64,000 nt of DNA from an uncultured Verrucomicrobiae bacterium (lineage in GTDB: Bacteria; Verrucomicrobiota; Verrucomicrobiia; Chthoniobacterales; JAFAMB01). Shown here in pieces: positions 27,776 to 38,521 of this stretch. The stretch's first letter is position 1. Each line of letters starts with the position of its first letter. The notes under the pieces are model-generated. The model had not been told where the DNA came from, did not search any database, and saw only the letters and a list, made by a program, of their open reading frames with translations. The position numbers and the translations under genes are program-made. The DNA is taken from positions 438,481 through 502,480 of the forward strand of contig CAWEXO010000014.1 of NCBI GenBank assembly GCA_963813025.1, given 5' to 3'.

Positions 27776-30700
27776 ATGGCAAAACAGGATTCCGTCGTCA
27801 AAGCATCAAGGATTAGCCTCAGAGTTCAGCGGATCCTGCGAAGGCTCGCCGAAAAACTGGATCGTTTTCTGCCGGTCTTGCGGCGGTTCACGCCGGACAG
27901 AAGTCATTGCGCGGAGGTGATCCACTGCCTTTACCAGACTGCTTTGGGCCGGTTGGCAGATGATCGCGCGCTTGCCCACGACACAGCCCGGCTCCGAGCA
28001 GGTGACTCTATGACCGCCTTGGCCGCCGGCCTGGTTCGATCCGAGGAATTTCGTAAGCGGCACGGTGAGACTACTCAGGTTACCAAGGAACTTGTTCACC
28101 GGTTGTATCGGGATGCGCTCGGGCGTTCGCCGGATCCGGACGGCCTTCAGCATTGGCTCGACGCTCCTGCAAGAGGCGTAAATTTGAGTGCTCTAGTGGC
28201 TGACCTGGCGACTTCTGAGGAGTGTGTCGCGCGACACAGGCGGCAGGTAATAGAATCCCTCTATCGAACCGCGCTGGGTCGTTTCGTCGACCAGCCTGCC
28301 TTGATGCAAGCGGTGGCGAGTTTGCAAAACGGTACTTCGCTCGATCAGTTGGCGACTGGTATCGCCCGTTCAACAGAATTTGAGGCTTTCCACGGTAAAG
28401 GCGCCAGGATCTCCGATGCTTATCTCGTGTCGTTGTATCGGAACGGTCTCGGGCGCACGCCGAATGCTGAAGAGCTTCGAACCTGGAATAAGCCGGTAAC
28501 CAGGCTCGATCGACGCAGCGCACTTCTTGCAATGGCGACTTCGCACGAGGCGCTCAGTATCGCGAGGCAACAGCAAGGCTATTTTGTTCACGCCATATTG
28601 AAGGCTGCTTTCGGTCAGGTTCTCCACAGCCGTTTGCTGCCTGAGTATATGCGTCGGCTTGAATCCGGAGCCAGTGCGGATTCTCTGGTGAAGCAGCTCT
28701 GTCGTTCAGCGGAGTTCAAAACGCGGCATCCTGGTCCGGAAGCGGTCGACTTCCGGTTCTTGAGTCAAGTGTATTGGGACAGCTTTGAGCGGCTTCCCAA
28801 TTCCATGGAGCTCGCGCACTGGTTGTCCGATCCAGGTCACCGGGCAACGCAGGGGCAGGTAATCACCGCGTTTGCGCAATCGGAGGAGATGAAACGCCAG
28901 TTTACTGCCCAAGCACGGATTAAAGAAGTACCGTTCGCAGAATGGATTGCCAGATACGATGACCTGTCGGATCTCGATCATTCCGCGATCCGTTTGCACA
29001 TTCGGAATCTCCCGAAATGTCCGTTGATTTCACTCATTATGTCCACAGTTGGTGAGAGCGAGCAGGCTCTCCGGGTCTCCTTCGACTCCATTTTGCAACA
29101 ACTTTATCCTTACTGGGAGTTAATTCTTGTGGTTGAGGAGAAGGATGATCTTCTGGTCGCCTCGATCATCGAATCCGCGGGTTGTCGCGACCCAAGAGTT
29201 AAGATTGCGCGTCCCGGGTCAGTTCGAGGCTTTGGATTAGATCTCAACCAAGCTTTTGCGATTTCTACCGGCGAGTTCATCGGCTACCTATTGGCCGGGG
29301 ACAGCCTTTCGGAGCGGGCGCTTTACGAGTTTGCGGTCAAGGCTGGTCAACATGAACCGGCCGATCTGATCTACGCAGACGTGGATGAAATCAATCCAGA
29401 AGGGAATCGGGATAATCCCTGGTTTAAACCGGGCTGGGACCCGGAACTGCTCCTGGGATTGGACTACGTTAGCAATTGCGCAATTTTTCGCCGAGAGCTA
29501 GTTGAAGATTTGGGTGGACTTAGCAGTAGCTTTCCGGGCGCGGAGCTTTACGATCTTGCGCTGCGGGTCAGCCGCGCAACCACCCCGGACCGCGTCCGAC
29601 ATGTTTCGGCTATTCTGTGCCACAAAGCTTCAGGCAGAACCGACCAGAAACAGAGGAATCCGTTATCTAATTTGCAGACCGCCGACTCCTCGCGTCGTGC
29701 CGTGGCCGACTTCCTGAACACCGACGGGACGACAGGCGCGTTAGTGCATCCCACGCCATTTGATTTCACCACAAACCGGGTGGTTTGGCCGATTCCGGTT
29801 TCCGAACCACTGGTTTCGGTCGTCATTCCGACTCGAGATCGAGCCGATCTGCTTGCGCAATGCGTGAACGGAGTTCTGAACCAGACTAACTATCAGAACA
29901 TCGAACTCGTGATTGTCGATAACGAGAGTGTCGAACTGGCAACGCTGGAGCTTTTCGCTCAGCTAAGGAAAGAGGATGCTCGAGTCCGGGTAATTTCGTA
30001 TTCGGGAGCTTTCAACTTTTCCGCATTGAATAACTCGGCTGCTCGGGAAGCAAACGGGGAGGTGCTACTGTTGCTCAATAACGATATCAGTGTGCTCGAG
30101 CCAAACTGGCTGAGGGAACTAGTTTCGCACGCTTTGCGTCCGGATGTCGGAGCCGTCGGCGCAAAGCTGGTCTATCCGGATGGTCGGGTACAGCATGCGG
30201 GCATCGTTCTGGGGCCGGATGGAGAGGCCAGGCATGTGCAGCGGCTTTCTCCCAGATACGATCCCGGGTATTTTCGTCAGCTCGCCTTGGTCCGGACCCT
30301 TACGGCGGTAACGGGCGCATGTCTTTGCCTCCGAAAATCCGTCTTCTTCGAGGCAGGCAGGCTTGATGAAGTAAATCTTCCGATTAGCTATAACGACGTC
30401 GATCTCTGTCTTCGGATCGGTGACCTTGGCTACAGGGTCGTGTGGACTCCATTTGCCGAACTCTTCCATTTGGAATCTGCGTCGCGAGGCCTTGATGACG
30501 CCGATCCGATGAAACGCGAACGTTGCAGCCGGGAGTGGTCCTATGTGCGCAAACGTTGGGCCTCCTTTCTTGGAAACGGAGACCCCTTTTACAACCCCAA
30601 CGTGCTGCAAACCTGGGAACGATTTAGCGTTCCCGTCCCTCCGAGAGCCGCCCGCACCTGGCATCCTGGGCTCGCGCAAGCTTTTGACTTGGACGGAGTT

Positions 30701-30805
30701 TCTTACCAAGGTGCTGCTCCGAAATGTGCACGACAACTGACGACACAAAATCACAGGAATCAGGAGTTGAAGTTGGCTGCCTGTAGCCACAGTCGGCCTC
30801 TCTGA
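27776..30805 (+). CDS. DUF4214-repeat protein fused to tandem GT2 domains (putative rhamnosyltransferase)
   Basis: Repeated LY...LGR.PD..GL..W / SEEF units; FKPGWDPELL; VSVVIPTRDR, FNFSALNN, LLLNND, AVTGACL, NDVDLCLR. Confidence 0.85.
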   Translation: MAKQDSVVKASRISLRVQRILRRLAEKLDRFLPVLRRFTPDRSHCAEVIHCLYQTALGRLADDRALAHDTARLRAGDSMTALAAGLVRSEEFRKRHGETTQVTKELVHRLYRDALGRSPDPDGLQHWLDAPARGVNLSALVADLATSEECVARHRRQVIESLYRTALGRFVDQPALMQAVASLQNGTSLDQLATGIARSTEFEAFHGKGARISDAYLVSLYRNGLGRTPNAEELRTWNKPVTRLDRRSALLAMATSHEALSIARQQQGYFVHAILKAAFGQVLHSRLLPEYMRRLESGASADSLVKQLCRSAEFKTRHPGPEAVDFRFLSQVYWDSFERLPNSMELAHWLSDPGHRATQGQVITAFAQSEEMKRQFTAQARIKEVPFAEWIARYDDLSDLDHSAIRLHIRNLPKCPLISLIMSTVGESEQALRVSFDSILQQLYPYWELILVVEEKDDLLVASIIESAGCRDPRVKIARPGSVRGFGLDLNQAFAISTGEFIGYLLAGDSLSERALYEFAVKAGQHEPADLIYADVDEINPEGNRDNPWFKPGWDPELLLGLDYVSNCAIFRRELVEDLGGLSSSFPGAELYDLALRVSRATTPDRVRHVSAILCHKASGRTDQKQRNPLSNLQTADSSRRAVADFLNTDGTTGALVHPTPFDFTTNRVVWPIPVSEPLVSVVIPTRDRADLLAQCVNGVLNQTNYQNIELVIVDNESVELATLELFAQLRKEDARVRVISYSGAFNFSALNNSAAREANGEVLLLLNNDISVLEPNWLRELVSHALRPDVGAVGAKLVYPDGRVQHAGIVLGPDGEARHVQRLSPRYDPGYFRQLALVRTLTAVTGACLCLRKSVFFEAGRLDEVNLPISYNDVDLCLRIGDLGYRVVWTPFAELFHLESASRGLDDADPMKRERCSREWSYVRKRWASFLGNGDPFYNPNVLQTWERFSVPVPPRAARTWHPGLAQAFDLDGVSYQGAAPKCARQLTTQNHRNQELKLAACSHSRPL

Positions 30806-30822
30806 GAAATGGACCTGTCAAA

Positions 30823-33800
30823 ATGCGTGGTACTGGAACTCTGACCAAGGCTCTGCGAACGGCTCTAAGATCTGCTCGCCGAAAAAGGCGGTGGCCGAAA
30901 TTCGATGGGGCACCGAGGTTCGACTTGCTTTACAGGGCAGCTTTCGCCCGATTTACCGACGACAGGGCTTTTAGCATTAGCCTCAGCGCTCAAACCATCC
31001 TGCGAAGGCTCGCCGAAAAACTGGATCGTTTTCTGCCGGCCTTGGGGCGGTTCAGGTCCCACCGCAGTCGTGGCGCGGAGATGGTCCACTGCCTTTACCA
31101 GACCGCTTTGGGCCGTTTGGCAGATGACCACGCGCTTGCCCACGGCACAGCCCGGCTCCGAGCAGGCGGCTCTATAACGCTCTTGGCTGCCGACCTGGTT
31201 CGATCCGAAGAATTTCGTAAGCGGCACGGTGAGACTGCACAGGTTACGAAGGAACTTGTTTACCGGATGTATCGGGATGCGCTCGGGCGTTCGCCGGATC
31301 CGGAAGGCCTTCAGCATTGGCTGGACGCTCCCGCGAGAGGCGTGGATCTGAGTGCGCTGGTGGCCGGCCTGGCGACTTCTCAGGAGTGTGTCGCGCGACA
31401 CAGGCGGCGATTAATTCAATCCCTTTATCAGACAGCCTTCGGACGCTTCCCCGATGAGAACCGCCTGGCAAACGCTCTGCAAGGAGGTGAGCCGCTCGAG
31501 AAACTGGCAACCATTATCGTGAGTTCTCCGGAGTTCGAAAGTCTGCGTGGCTTAAATGGTGAATTAACTCCGGAGTATGTTAAAAGCCTGTATCATAATG
31601 GACTTTGCCGCGAACCAGGCGAGTCTGAGATGCAAACCTGGTTTGCTGGAAATGGTGCCTCCCTCGATCGAGGGCGTGCTCTTGTTGCAGTGGCAACTTC
31701 TTCAGAAGCCCTCGCTCGGATTGAGAAGCTGGGGCAGCGCGAAGAAAATGCGCTTCCGTTGCCTTTGCAGGACGTTCCGATGCTCGTGAATTCGTTCTAC
31801 AAAACCGCCTTCGGTAGACTAGCGGATCCGCCCGCACTGGCGCAAGGAGTACAGCAAATCGAAGCAGGAATCACTCTGGAACGGTTTGCTGATGTATTGG
31901 TACATTCGGCCGAGTTCGTAAGATTTCATGGCCCTCATTGGCACATCGATACCCAACGGATTTTGGCAATATATGCGAATGCGTTGGACCGACTTCCTGA
32001 AGCGACGAGCCTCTGTTTTTGGTTGTCTGAAGCCAAGCGCGGTGTTTCGATAACAAAGCTGATAACCTCAGTTGCTTCATCAGCTGAGGCGTTGTCGAGA
32101 ATCTACCATGCTCGCGATTTAGATCCGGTTACTCGTTACCAACGCTGGATCGCGGTTAATGATACCATTCGGGATGACGAGAGGTCAATTATTCGACGGC
32201 ATTTGGCTGGTTTAGCCTACCGTCCTTTGATCTCTGTTATTCTGCTGACCGGCGGGTCTCCGAAAGACATCTCGAAATCCATTCGATCAGTCACGGACCA
32301 GCTGTATCCGTATTGGGAGCTCTGGATTACTGCTTCCGGGAAAGGCAAAGGATCGACCGTCCCAGGCTTCTCTGCCGATTTCGATGATATTCGTATCAGG
32401 TCACGTGTTCCGGAAGATGATGATGAAAGCTCGACCGCGGCAACGAACCGTTGTCTCGATCTTGCAACTGGTGAGTTCGTTTGCTTCTTGGCACCTGGCG
32501 ATCTACTCGCAGAAAACGCGTTCTATGAGGCCGTCTACTCAATCGGAAAGCAGCAATCGACAGATTTCATTTACTCAGATTGCGACGAGATCACCGAGCA
32601 GGGCGTACGCGCCAATCCTTGGTTCAAACCGGGCTGGGACCCGGATCTTCTTTTAGCTCAGGACTATATTAACGGGCTCGCTGTTTTTCGTCGGTCACTT
32701 GTGCAGGCGCTTGGCGGATTCCGGGGGGAGTTCGAAGGAGCAGAGCTTTATGATCTTGCCTTGAGAGTTGCAGCAGCTACGAAGGCTGATCAGATACTGC
32801 ACCTTCCCGCTATACTTTATCACCGCGGGCAACCGCACGCTGGTTCCGATTCACGTAACGGATTGGAGCAATTAAAAACGTCTGATGCCCGCCGTAGGGC
32901 CGTCCGTCACCATTTAGATTCACGTGGTTACGCGGATGCCGCCATCCAGTCCGCGCCAAATGCGTCCGGTGGCCACCGGATAGTCTGGCCGATCTCGGAA
33001 GTGTTGCCCCTTGTCTCAATTATTGTTCCCACTCGTGATCGAGTCGATCTGCTAGAGCTTTGTTTAGACGGCGTCCTGAACCGTACTGACTATCGACAGT
33101 TGGAAGTATTGATCATGGACAACGAAAGCAGGGAAGCTGGTTCCGCCGCATTTTTCGAAAGAATGCGCGCCCGAGATAGTCGCGTAAATATCATAGAGTG
33201 CCCGGGTCCGTTTAATTACTCGGCTCTGAATAACTTAGGGGCGCGTCGATCGTCTGGGGAGGTTTTACTTCTGCTAAATAATGACGTAGTCGCGATTGAA
33301 TCCACCTGGCTGACTGAAGTGGTCAGCCAGGTAATGCGACCCGATGTCGGGATTGTCGGAGTCAAGCTGATTTACCCGAATGAACGTATTCAACATGCCG
33401 GGGTCTCCCTGGGGCCTGAAAATCAGATGATTCACCACTACCTTTTCGCATCCAGATTGGATCCTGGGTATTTTGGTCAACTGACGCTGGCCCGGACTCT
33501 TTCGGCAGTTACCGGGGCATGTTTAGCAATTCGCAAGGACGTGTTCTTTGAGGTTGGCGGTCTCGATGAAAACAATCTACGGATTGCGTTTAACGACATT
33601 GATTTATGTCTCCGGACAGGAGACTATGGATATCGAATCGTTTGGACGCCTTTCGCGGAACTATTCCACTTAGAATCGGCCTCGCGTGGCCTCGATGATA
33701 GGGATGCTGAAAAAAGGGCGCGTTTTCACAAAGAGTGGCGATTTATGCGCGAGACTTGGGGCATGATGCTTGAGTGTCATGATCCGTTTCACAATCCGAA

Positions 33801-33900
33801 CGTTCGATTTGCTGGACCGCTGACTGAAATTCCCTCTCTACCGAGACGGCGTAGACCCTGGTACGAGGAAGTTGAGGCATCTGCGCCTGAACAGAGATGA
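30823..33900 (+). CDS. DUF4214-repeat protein fused to tandem GT2 domains, paralog
   Basis: Same architecture and motifs as the previous gene. Confidence 0.85.
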   Translation: MRGTGTLTKALRTALRSARRKRRWPKFDGAPRFDLLYRAAFARFTDDRAFSISLSAQTILRRLAEKLDRFLPALGRFRSHRSRGAEMVHCLYQTALGRLADDHALAHGTARLRAGGSITLLAADLVRSEEFRKRHGETAQVTKELVYRMYRDALGRSPDPEGLQHWLDAPARGVDLSALVAGLATSQECVARHRRRLIQSLYQTAFGRFPDENRLANALQGGEPLEKLATIIVSSPEFESLRGLNGELTPEYVKSLYHNGLCREPGESEMQTWFAGNGASLDRGRALVAVATSSEALARIEKLGQREENALPLPLQDVPMLVNSFYKTAFGRLADPPALAQGVQQIEAGITLERFADVLVHSAEFVRFHGPHWHIDTQRILAIYANALDRLPEATSLCFWLSEAKRGVSITKLITSVASSAEALSRIYHARDLDPVTRYQRWIAVNDTIRDDERSIIRRHLAGLAYRPLISVILLTGGSPKDISKSIRSVTDQLYPYWELWITASGKGKGSTVPGFSADFDDIRIRSRVPEDDDESSTAATNRCLDLATGEFVCFLAPGDLLAENAFYEAVYSIGKQQSTDFIYSDCDEITEQGVRANPWFKPGWDPDLLLAQDYINGLAVFRRSLVQALGGFRGEFEGAELYDLALRVAAATKADQILHLPAILYHRGQPHAGSDSRNGLEQLKTSDARRRAVRHHLDSRGYADAAIQSAPNASGGHRIVWPISEVLPLVSIIVPTRDRVDLLELCLDGVLNRTDYRQLEVLIMDNESREAGSAAFFERMRARDSRVNIIECPGPFNYSALNNLGARRSSGEVLLLLNNDVVAIESTWLTEVVSQVMRPDVGIVGVKLIYPNERIQHAGVSLGPENQMIHHYLFASRLDPGYFGQLTLARTLSAVTGACLAIRKDVFFEVGGLDENNLRIAFNDIDLCLRTGDYGYRIVWTPFAELFHLESASRGLDDRDAEKRARFHKEWRFMRETWGMMLECHDPFHNPNVRFAGPLTEIPSLPRRRRPWYEEVEASAPEQR

Positions 33901-33922
33901 AAATACTTTCTTGGAATTTACT

Positions 33923-36871
33923 ATGAAAACTCAGTTGGTAGAAACGTGTCTTGAAAAGCTGGAAATCATTTGTGCCCGACCCTTAGATCCGCTTTTCTGG
34001 GCTTCGTCTCGAACTGGAGTGACCAGCAGTTGGTATGGCCATGTCCCTTTCGCGCACTGGTTAATCAGTGAGGTAAAGCCTGCGACCCTGGTAGAGTTGG
34101 GTACTCATAACGGAGTATCCTATTCTGCCTTTTGTGAAGCGGTGCGTCTGGGTCGACTCAGAACTCGCTGCTGGGCAATCGACACTTGGCGCGGTGACGA
34201 ACAATCCGGTTCTTACGGAGAAGACGTTTATTGCGACTTTCGCCGCTTTCATGATGAGCGCTTTGGCGCATTTTCAGAGCTCTTGCGCTGCACTTTCGAC
34301 GAGGGTTTGGCATTTTTCGCGGACGGCTCCGTCGACTTGCTGCACATCGATGGGCTGCATACGTATTCTGCAGTCAAACATGATTACCAGGCATGGTTGC
34401 CGAAGCTCTCGGACTCTGCCGTGATTCTCTTCCATGATACAAACGTGAGGGCCAACGGGTTTGGAGTTTGGCAGCTCTGGGAAGAACTCGCCATTCAATT
34501 CCCATCTTTTGAATTTCTTCATGGGCATGGCTTAGGCGTGCTCGCTGTCGGTCGTACCGCTCCCCCTTCTGTGGCGGCTCTATGCGCGATCGAAGATGAG
34601 GGAATTATCCAGACTCTTCGGCAGCGATTCGCAATTTTGGGCGAGCGTTGGATCGCTTTGGACGAACGAATCAAGCTTGAACAACTCCAGCATGGCAGTA
34701 TCGACATGCGTGATGCGCAGATAGAATCTTTGCGTTCTCGGCTGGAAGCTTCCGAAGCTGAGCTTAGAAAGCAGGCAGCAAAGTTAGCGGTCGAACAGCA
34801 ACTCCGAGCGCGGGCGGCACAGCGCTCAGCTCAGGCGCGCGCTGACGCCGTCAATGCGACTTTTCGAGCCGTGAACGCAGAATCGCAGGTGGTACGAAAA
34901 CGGGCTCAACTGCCGAATAGCGGGTCTCGCGTCGTTTACATCTCGGGTGAGCCGAAAGCCGCTGGACATTTTTATCGCGTTCTCCGCTATGTGGAAACGA
35001 TGAGGGCCTTAGGCTTCGCCGGATCATGGCTGCCGCAGGAAGAGATCTGTCAACGCTTGGAAGAGATCGGAAATGCTGATCTGGTGGTTTTCTGGCGGGT
35101 TCCCTGGAACGACGATGTAAAGACCGCGATCGAGCTTAACCGCAAAGCTGGCGGAAGACTCGCGTTTGATATCGACGATTTTTTAATCGATCCTGCCTTT
35201 GCTCGCGTTGAGATAATCGATGCGATTCGGACAAGCAGTTTATCTGAAGAAGACTGGAAGACGCAGGTTGGACGCTGGCAAACCACCATGTCGAATGTGG
35301 ATGTTTGCATCGTCCCAACTGAAGAGCTTGCCGCAGAGGTGCGGCGTTTTCGGCTTCCTGCGTTAGTGCTGCCAAACGGCTTTGATTGCCGAACATACGA
35401 GCTTTCTCGCTTAGCGGTGGGGCATCGGAAACAAAGAAAGGACGATGAGCTGATTCGCATCGGGTACGCCAGCGGTACGAAAACGCACCAGCGCGACTTC
35501 GCGGTTGCTGCCGATGCAATCTCGCAAGTATTGCGAGAGCGCAGTCAATGCAGACTAGTTTTGTTCCGGGACTCTGAGCTGAACAGTCCAACGCTGGAAT
35601 TAACCGAGTATGAAGGCTTTGAAGATCTTCAGTGCCAGATTGAGTGGAGAGAATGTGTTCCGATGACATCGTTGCCCGAAGAACTGGCCCGGTTCGATAT
35701 CAGCATTGCTCCATTAGAGATCGCTAACCCTTTTTGTGAATGCAAAAGCGAGCTGAAATTTTTTGATTCCGCGCTGGTCGACGTGCCCACCATTGCTTCT
35801 CCCACTGGCCCTTTTCGGCGAGCCATTCAGAATGGGAGCACAGGGTTTCTCGCTGAGAACCGGGAAGATTGGTATCGCATGTTGTTGCAGTTGGTGGACG
35901 ACCACGAGCTTCGGCGACAGATCGCTCGAGAGGCACACAACGAGTGCTTAGCCAGATTCGGGGAGTTGCGACGCATTAATGACACTTTGTCAGTGTTACC
36001 AAAATTATTGGGCAACGAACGGTTTGCCAGCCACATGTTTTGTCCGCGCCGACGAGAAGCATCTCTCGCAACACCGGCTGTGTCTCGAGTAACCCCGAAA
36101 ATAATTTTCGAGTCCGATCAGCTGAAGTCCTCGGATTTGTCGGCGATTTTGGTCTGGACCGCCGCGTCGGCAAATCTCGAGGAGGCGATCGGTAATTGTC
36201 GGATGCAATCGTCCGAACTGCTGGATTTGATTGTCGTTTCTGTCGGCTTAGCGCCGAGCGTTCTTGAGAGCGCTCTTTCTCAGCTGAAAATGAATCAGAC
36301 TCACTTTAACAGAATAAAGATGCTGGTGGTTGGTGGCGGAGAGGATCCAAGAAATGTGGGAATTGATTCGGCAGAAACGCCTTTCGTACTTGTGTTCGGC
36401 GACAGGGCTCCGCTGCCCGGTTGCGCACAACAATGCATTTCAGCCCTGAAAGACACCGGAGCGGCCGCTGCTTATCCTCGCTTGAGAAAGGCTAACAACG
36501 AAGCTGGCAGTGAGCCTAACTGCGCGCTCGATCAGGCCATGCTGATCAATCCGGCAGCCGTTTCCAGTGTCAGAGTGCTGAGGAAAGAAGCTTGGGCTGC
36601 CGTCGGGACCTATCGAATTCTCCCGGCTCCTTTTCAAGATATAGATTTTTGGTGCCGTCTGGTTGAACTCGGCATGTGGTGCACCGCCGTTGGAGACACG
36701 GCCTTGGAACAGGCCCAATCCTCTCAGGAAAAACAGACCGCGAACCCAGACAGCATCGATCAAGCATCTCGAGAGGTGCGTTCTTCCTTTCCCTGGTTAA
36801 AAATCGTTTCACCAAACCGTGAGAGTTTCTCTATCCAGCGTTCGGAACCTCGGACCGAAGTCTTATCATGA
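33923..36871 (+). CDS. Methyltransf_24-like domain + coiled coil + GT-B (GT4-like) + degenerate GT2 fusion
   Basis: VELGTHNGVSY, DLLHIDGLHTY, FHDT; helical linker; GYASGTKTHQRDF, KSELKFF; C-terminal RKEAWAAVG. Confidence 0.85.
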   Translation: MKTQLVETCLEKLEIICARPLDPLFWASSRTGVTSSWYGHVPFAHWLISEVKPATLVELGTHNGVSYSAFCEAVRLGRLRTRCWAIDTWRGDEQSGSYGEDVYCDFRRFHDERFGAFSELLRCTFDEGLAFFADGSVDLLHIDGLHTYSAVKHDYQAWLPKLSDSAVILFHDTNVRANGFGVWQLWEELAIQFPSFEFLHGHGLGVLAVGRTAPPSVAALCAIEDEGIIQTLRQRFAILGERWIALDERIKLEQLQHGSIDMRDAQIESLRSRLEASEAELRKQAAKLAVEQQLRARAAQRSAQARADAVNATFRAVNAESQVVRKRAQLPNSGSRVVYISGEPKAAGHFYRVLRYVETMRALGFAGSWLPQEEICQRLEEIGNADLVVFWRVPWNDDVKTAIELNRKAGGRLAFDIDDFLIDPAFARVEIIDAIRTSSLSEEDWKTQVGRWQTTMSNVDVCIVPTEELAAEVRRFRLPALVLPNGFDCRTYELSRLAVGHRKQRKDDELIRIGYASGTKTHQRDFAVAADAISQVLRERSQCRLVLFRDSELNSPTLELTEYEGFEDLQCQIEWRECVPMTSLPEELARFDISIAPLEIANPFCECKSELKFFDSALVDVPTIASPTGPFRRAIQNGSTGFLAENREDWYRMLLQLVDDHELRRQIAREAHNECLARFGELRRINDTLSVLPKLLGNERFASHMFCPRRREASLATPAVSRVTPKIIFESDQLKSSDLSAILVWTAASANLEEAIGNCRMQSSELLDLIVVSVGLAPSVLESALSQLKMNQTHFNRIKMLVVGGGEDPRNVGIDSAETPFVLVFGDRAPLPGCAQQCISALKDTGAAAAYPRLRKANNEAGSEPNCALDQAMLINPAAVSSVRVLRKEAWAAVGTYRILPAPFQDIDFWCRLVELGMWCTAVGDTALEQAQSSQEKQTANPDSIDQASREVRSSFPWLKIVSPNRESFSIQRSEPRTEVLS

Positions 36872-37431
36872 CGGTGACTGAATGCGATATTCCGGCGGTC
36901 AGGCACATCGAAGTACGCCGGTTCGAGGATGCGCGAGGCTCATTTGCCGAAACCTGGAGTGACCGGGCGTTTCGTAAATACGTGGATAACAGCACCTTCG
37001 TTCAAGACAACCATTCCATTTCAGAGCACCGAGGGACAATTCGCGGATTGCACTTCCAGAAACCTCCTTTTGCTCAAGGCAAGCTGATCTGGGTCGTACG
37101 CGGTGCCATCCTGGACCTTGCGGTGGATATTCGGAAAGGCTCGCCAACCTTCGGCCGTTACGTGGCGAAAACTTTAAGCGCATGCGATGGAAGACAACTC
37201 TGGATCCCCGCGGGTTTTCTTCATGGATTCTGTACGTTGGAAGATAAAACGGAAGTGTTCTATAAGGTCACTGACTTCTATAGTGCGGAGCACGATGCAG
37301 GGGTTCTCTGGAACGATCCGGATTTGGCAATTCCATGGCCGGTTGAGCTATCGTCCGCTGTGCTCTCCGAAAAAGACAAACGGCTACCTCGACTTCGAGA
37401 CTTGCCTGCCTTTTTCCGCTATGACGGATAA
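36868..37431 (+). CDS. rmlC: dTDP-4-dehydrorhamnose 3,5-epimerase
   Basis: [39 protein letters not shown]. Confidence 0.95.
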   Translation: MTVTECDIPAVRHIEVRRFEDARGSFAETWSDRAFRKYVDNSTFVQDNHSISEHRGTIRGLHFQKPPFAQGKLIWVVRGAILDLAVDIRKGSPTFGRYVAKTLSACDGRQLWIPAGFLHGFCTLEDKTEVFYKVTDFYSAEHDAGVLWNDPDLAIPWPVELSSAVLSEKDKRLPRLRDLPAFFRYDG

Positions 37432-38521
37432 CCATTTTTCCTTTCGGCGAGTTGTTGTCACGGGAGGCGCCGGCTTTATTGGATCTTCCGTGTGTCGTCA
37501 CTTGGTTCGCCATAGCTCAGCCGAAATCTTCAACTTCGATAAGCTGACTTACGCTGGTAATCTGGAGTCGCTGCGTGAGGTCTCCGGCGACGGGCGCTAC
37601 CATTTCCAAAGGGGCGATATCACCGATAAATCCGCAGTAGAGAAGCTTTTTGCGGAAGTCGCTCCGGACGCATTGATCCATCTGGCTGCCGAAAGTCATG
37701 TGGACCCGTCAATCACCGGATCGCGCAACTTCATCGAGACTAACATCTTGGGTACCTACACGCTTCTAGAGTGTGCGCGGCATTACTGGAGCGGCTTGAA
37801 CGCGGAAAGGCAAAATGTGTTCCGCTTGCTCCATGTTTCCACCGACGAAGTCTATGGTTCGCTCGGGTTTGACGGTTTTTTTACGGAAAACACCGCCTAT
37901 GATCCCTCGTCACCGTACGCGGCCTCGAAGGCCGCGGCCGACCATTTGGCGGTTGCCTGGCATCGCACCTACGGTCTGCCGGTCATTGTTTCCAATTGTT
38001 CAAATAATTACGGACCGTTTCATTTCCCGGAAAAATTGATCCCCCTCACAATTTTGAATGCGCTCGAGGGAAAACCTCTGCCATTGTATGGTGACGGTTC
38101 AAATGTGCGAGACTGGCTTTACGTCGAGGATCACGCCAGGGCGCTGTCGCTCATTGCGGCAAACGGCCGGCCGGGTCAGACATACAATGTCGGCGGCCGA
38201 AACGAGAGAACTAATCTGCAGGTTGTGGAGACAATCTGCTCGATTCTCGATCAATTGCGTCCGGAGGGTTCTCCTCACCGGCGCTTGATCACGTTTGTTA
38301 CCGATCGTCCTGGGCACGATCGACGCTATGCGATCGATGCGACCAAGCTCACGAGCGAGCTTGGATGGCAGGCCCGAGAGAACTTTGAATCGGGTGTTGC
38401 GAAAACGGTTCGTTGGTTCCTGAACAATGAATGGTGGTGGCGACCCTTGCGAAAGAACGTCTACGCCGGCCAACGTATTGGTTTGTTGAGCGAGGAGAGC
38501 TGCGGATGCGGATTGTTGTGA
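37421..38521 (+). CDS. rmlB: dTDP-glucose 4,6-dehydratase
   Basis: [46 protein letters not shown]. Confidence 0.95.
   Translation: MTDNHFSFRRVVVTGGAGFIGSSVCRHLVRHSSAEIFNFDKLTYAGNLESLREVSGDGRYHFQRGDITDKSAVEKLFAEVAPDALIHLAAESHVDPSITGSRNFIETNILGTYTLLECARHYWSGLNAERQNVFRLLHVSTDEVYGSLGFDGFFTENTAYDPSSPYAASKAAADHLAVAWHRTYGLPVIVSNCSNNYGPFHFPEKLIPLTILNALEGKPLPLYGDGSNVRDWLYVEDHARALSLIAANGRPGQTYNVGGRNERTNLQVVETICSILDQLRPEGSPHRRLITFVTDRPGHDRRYAIDATKLTSELGWQARENFESGVAKTVRWFLNNEWWWRPLRKNVYAGQRIGLLSEESCGCGLL

Noticed and set aside
27833..31408. 412-bp duplicate as a DGR template/variable repeat pair
   Set aside because: Mismatches are not adenine-specific, both copies are N-terminal and coding, and there is no reverse transcriptase in the window
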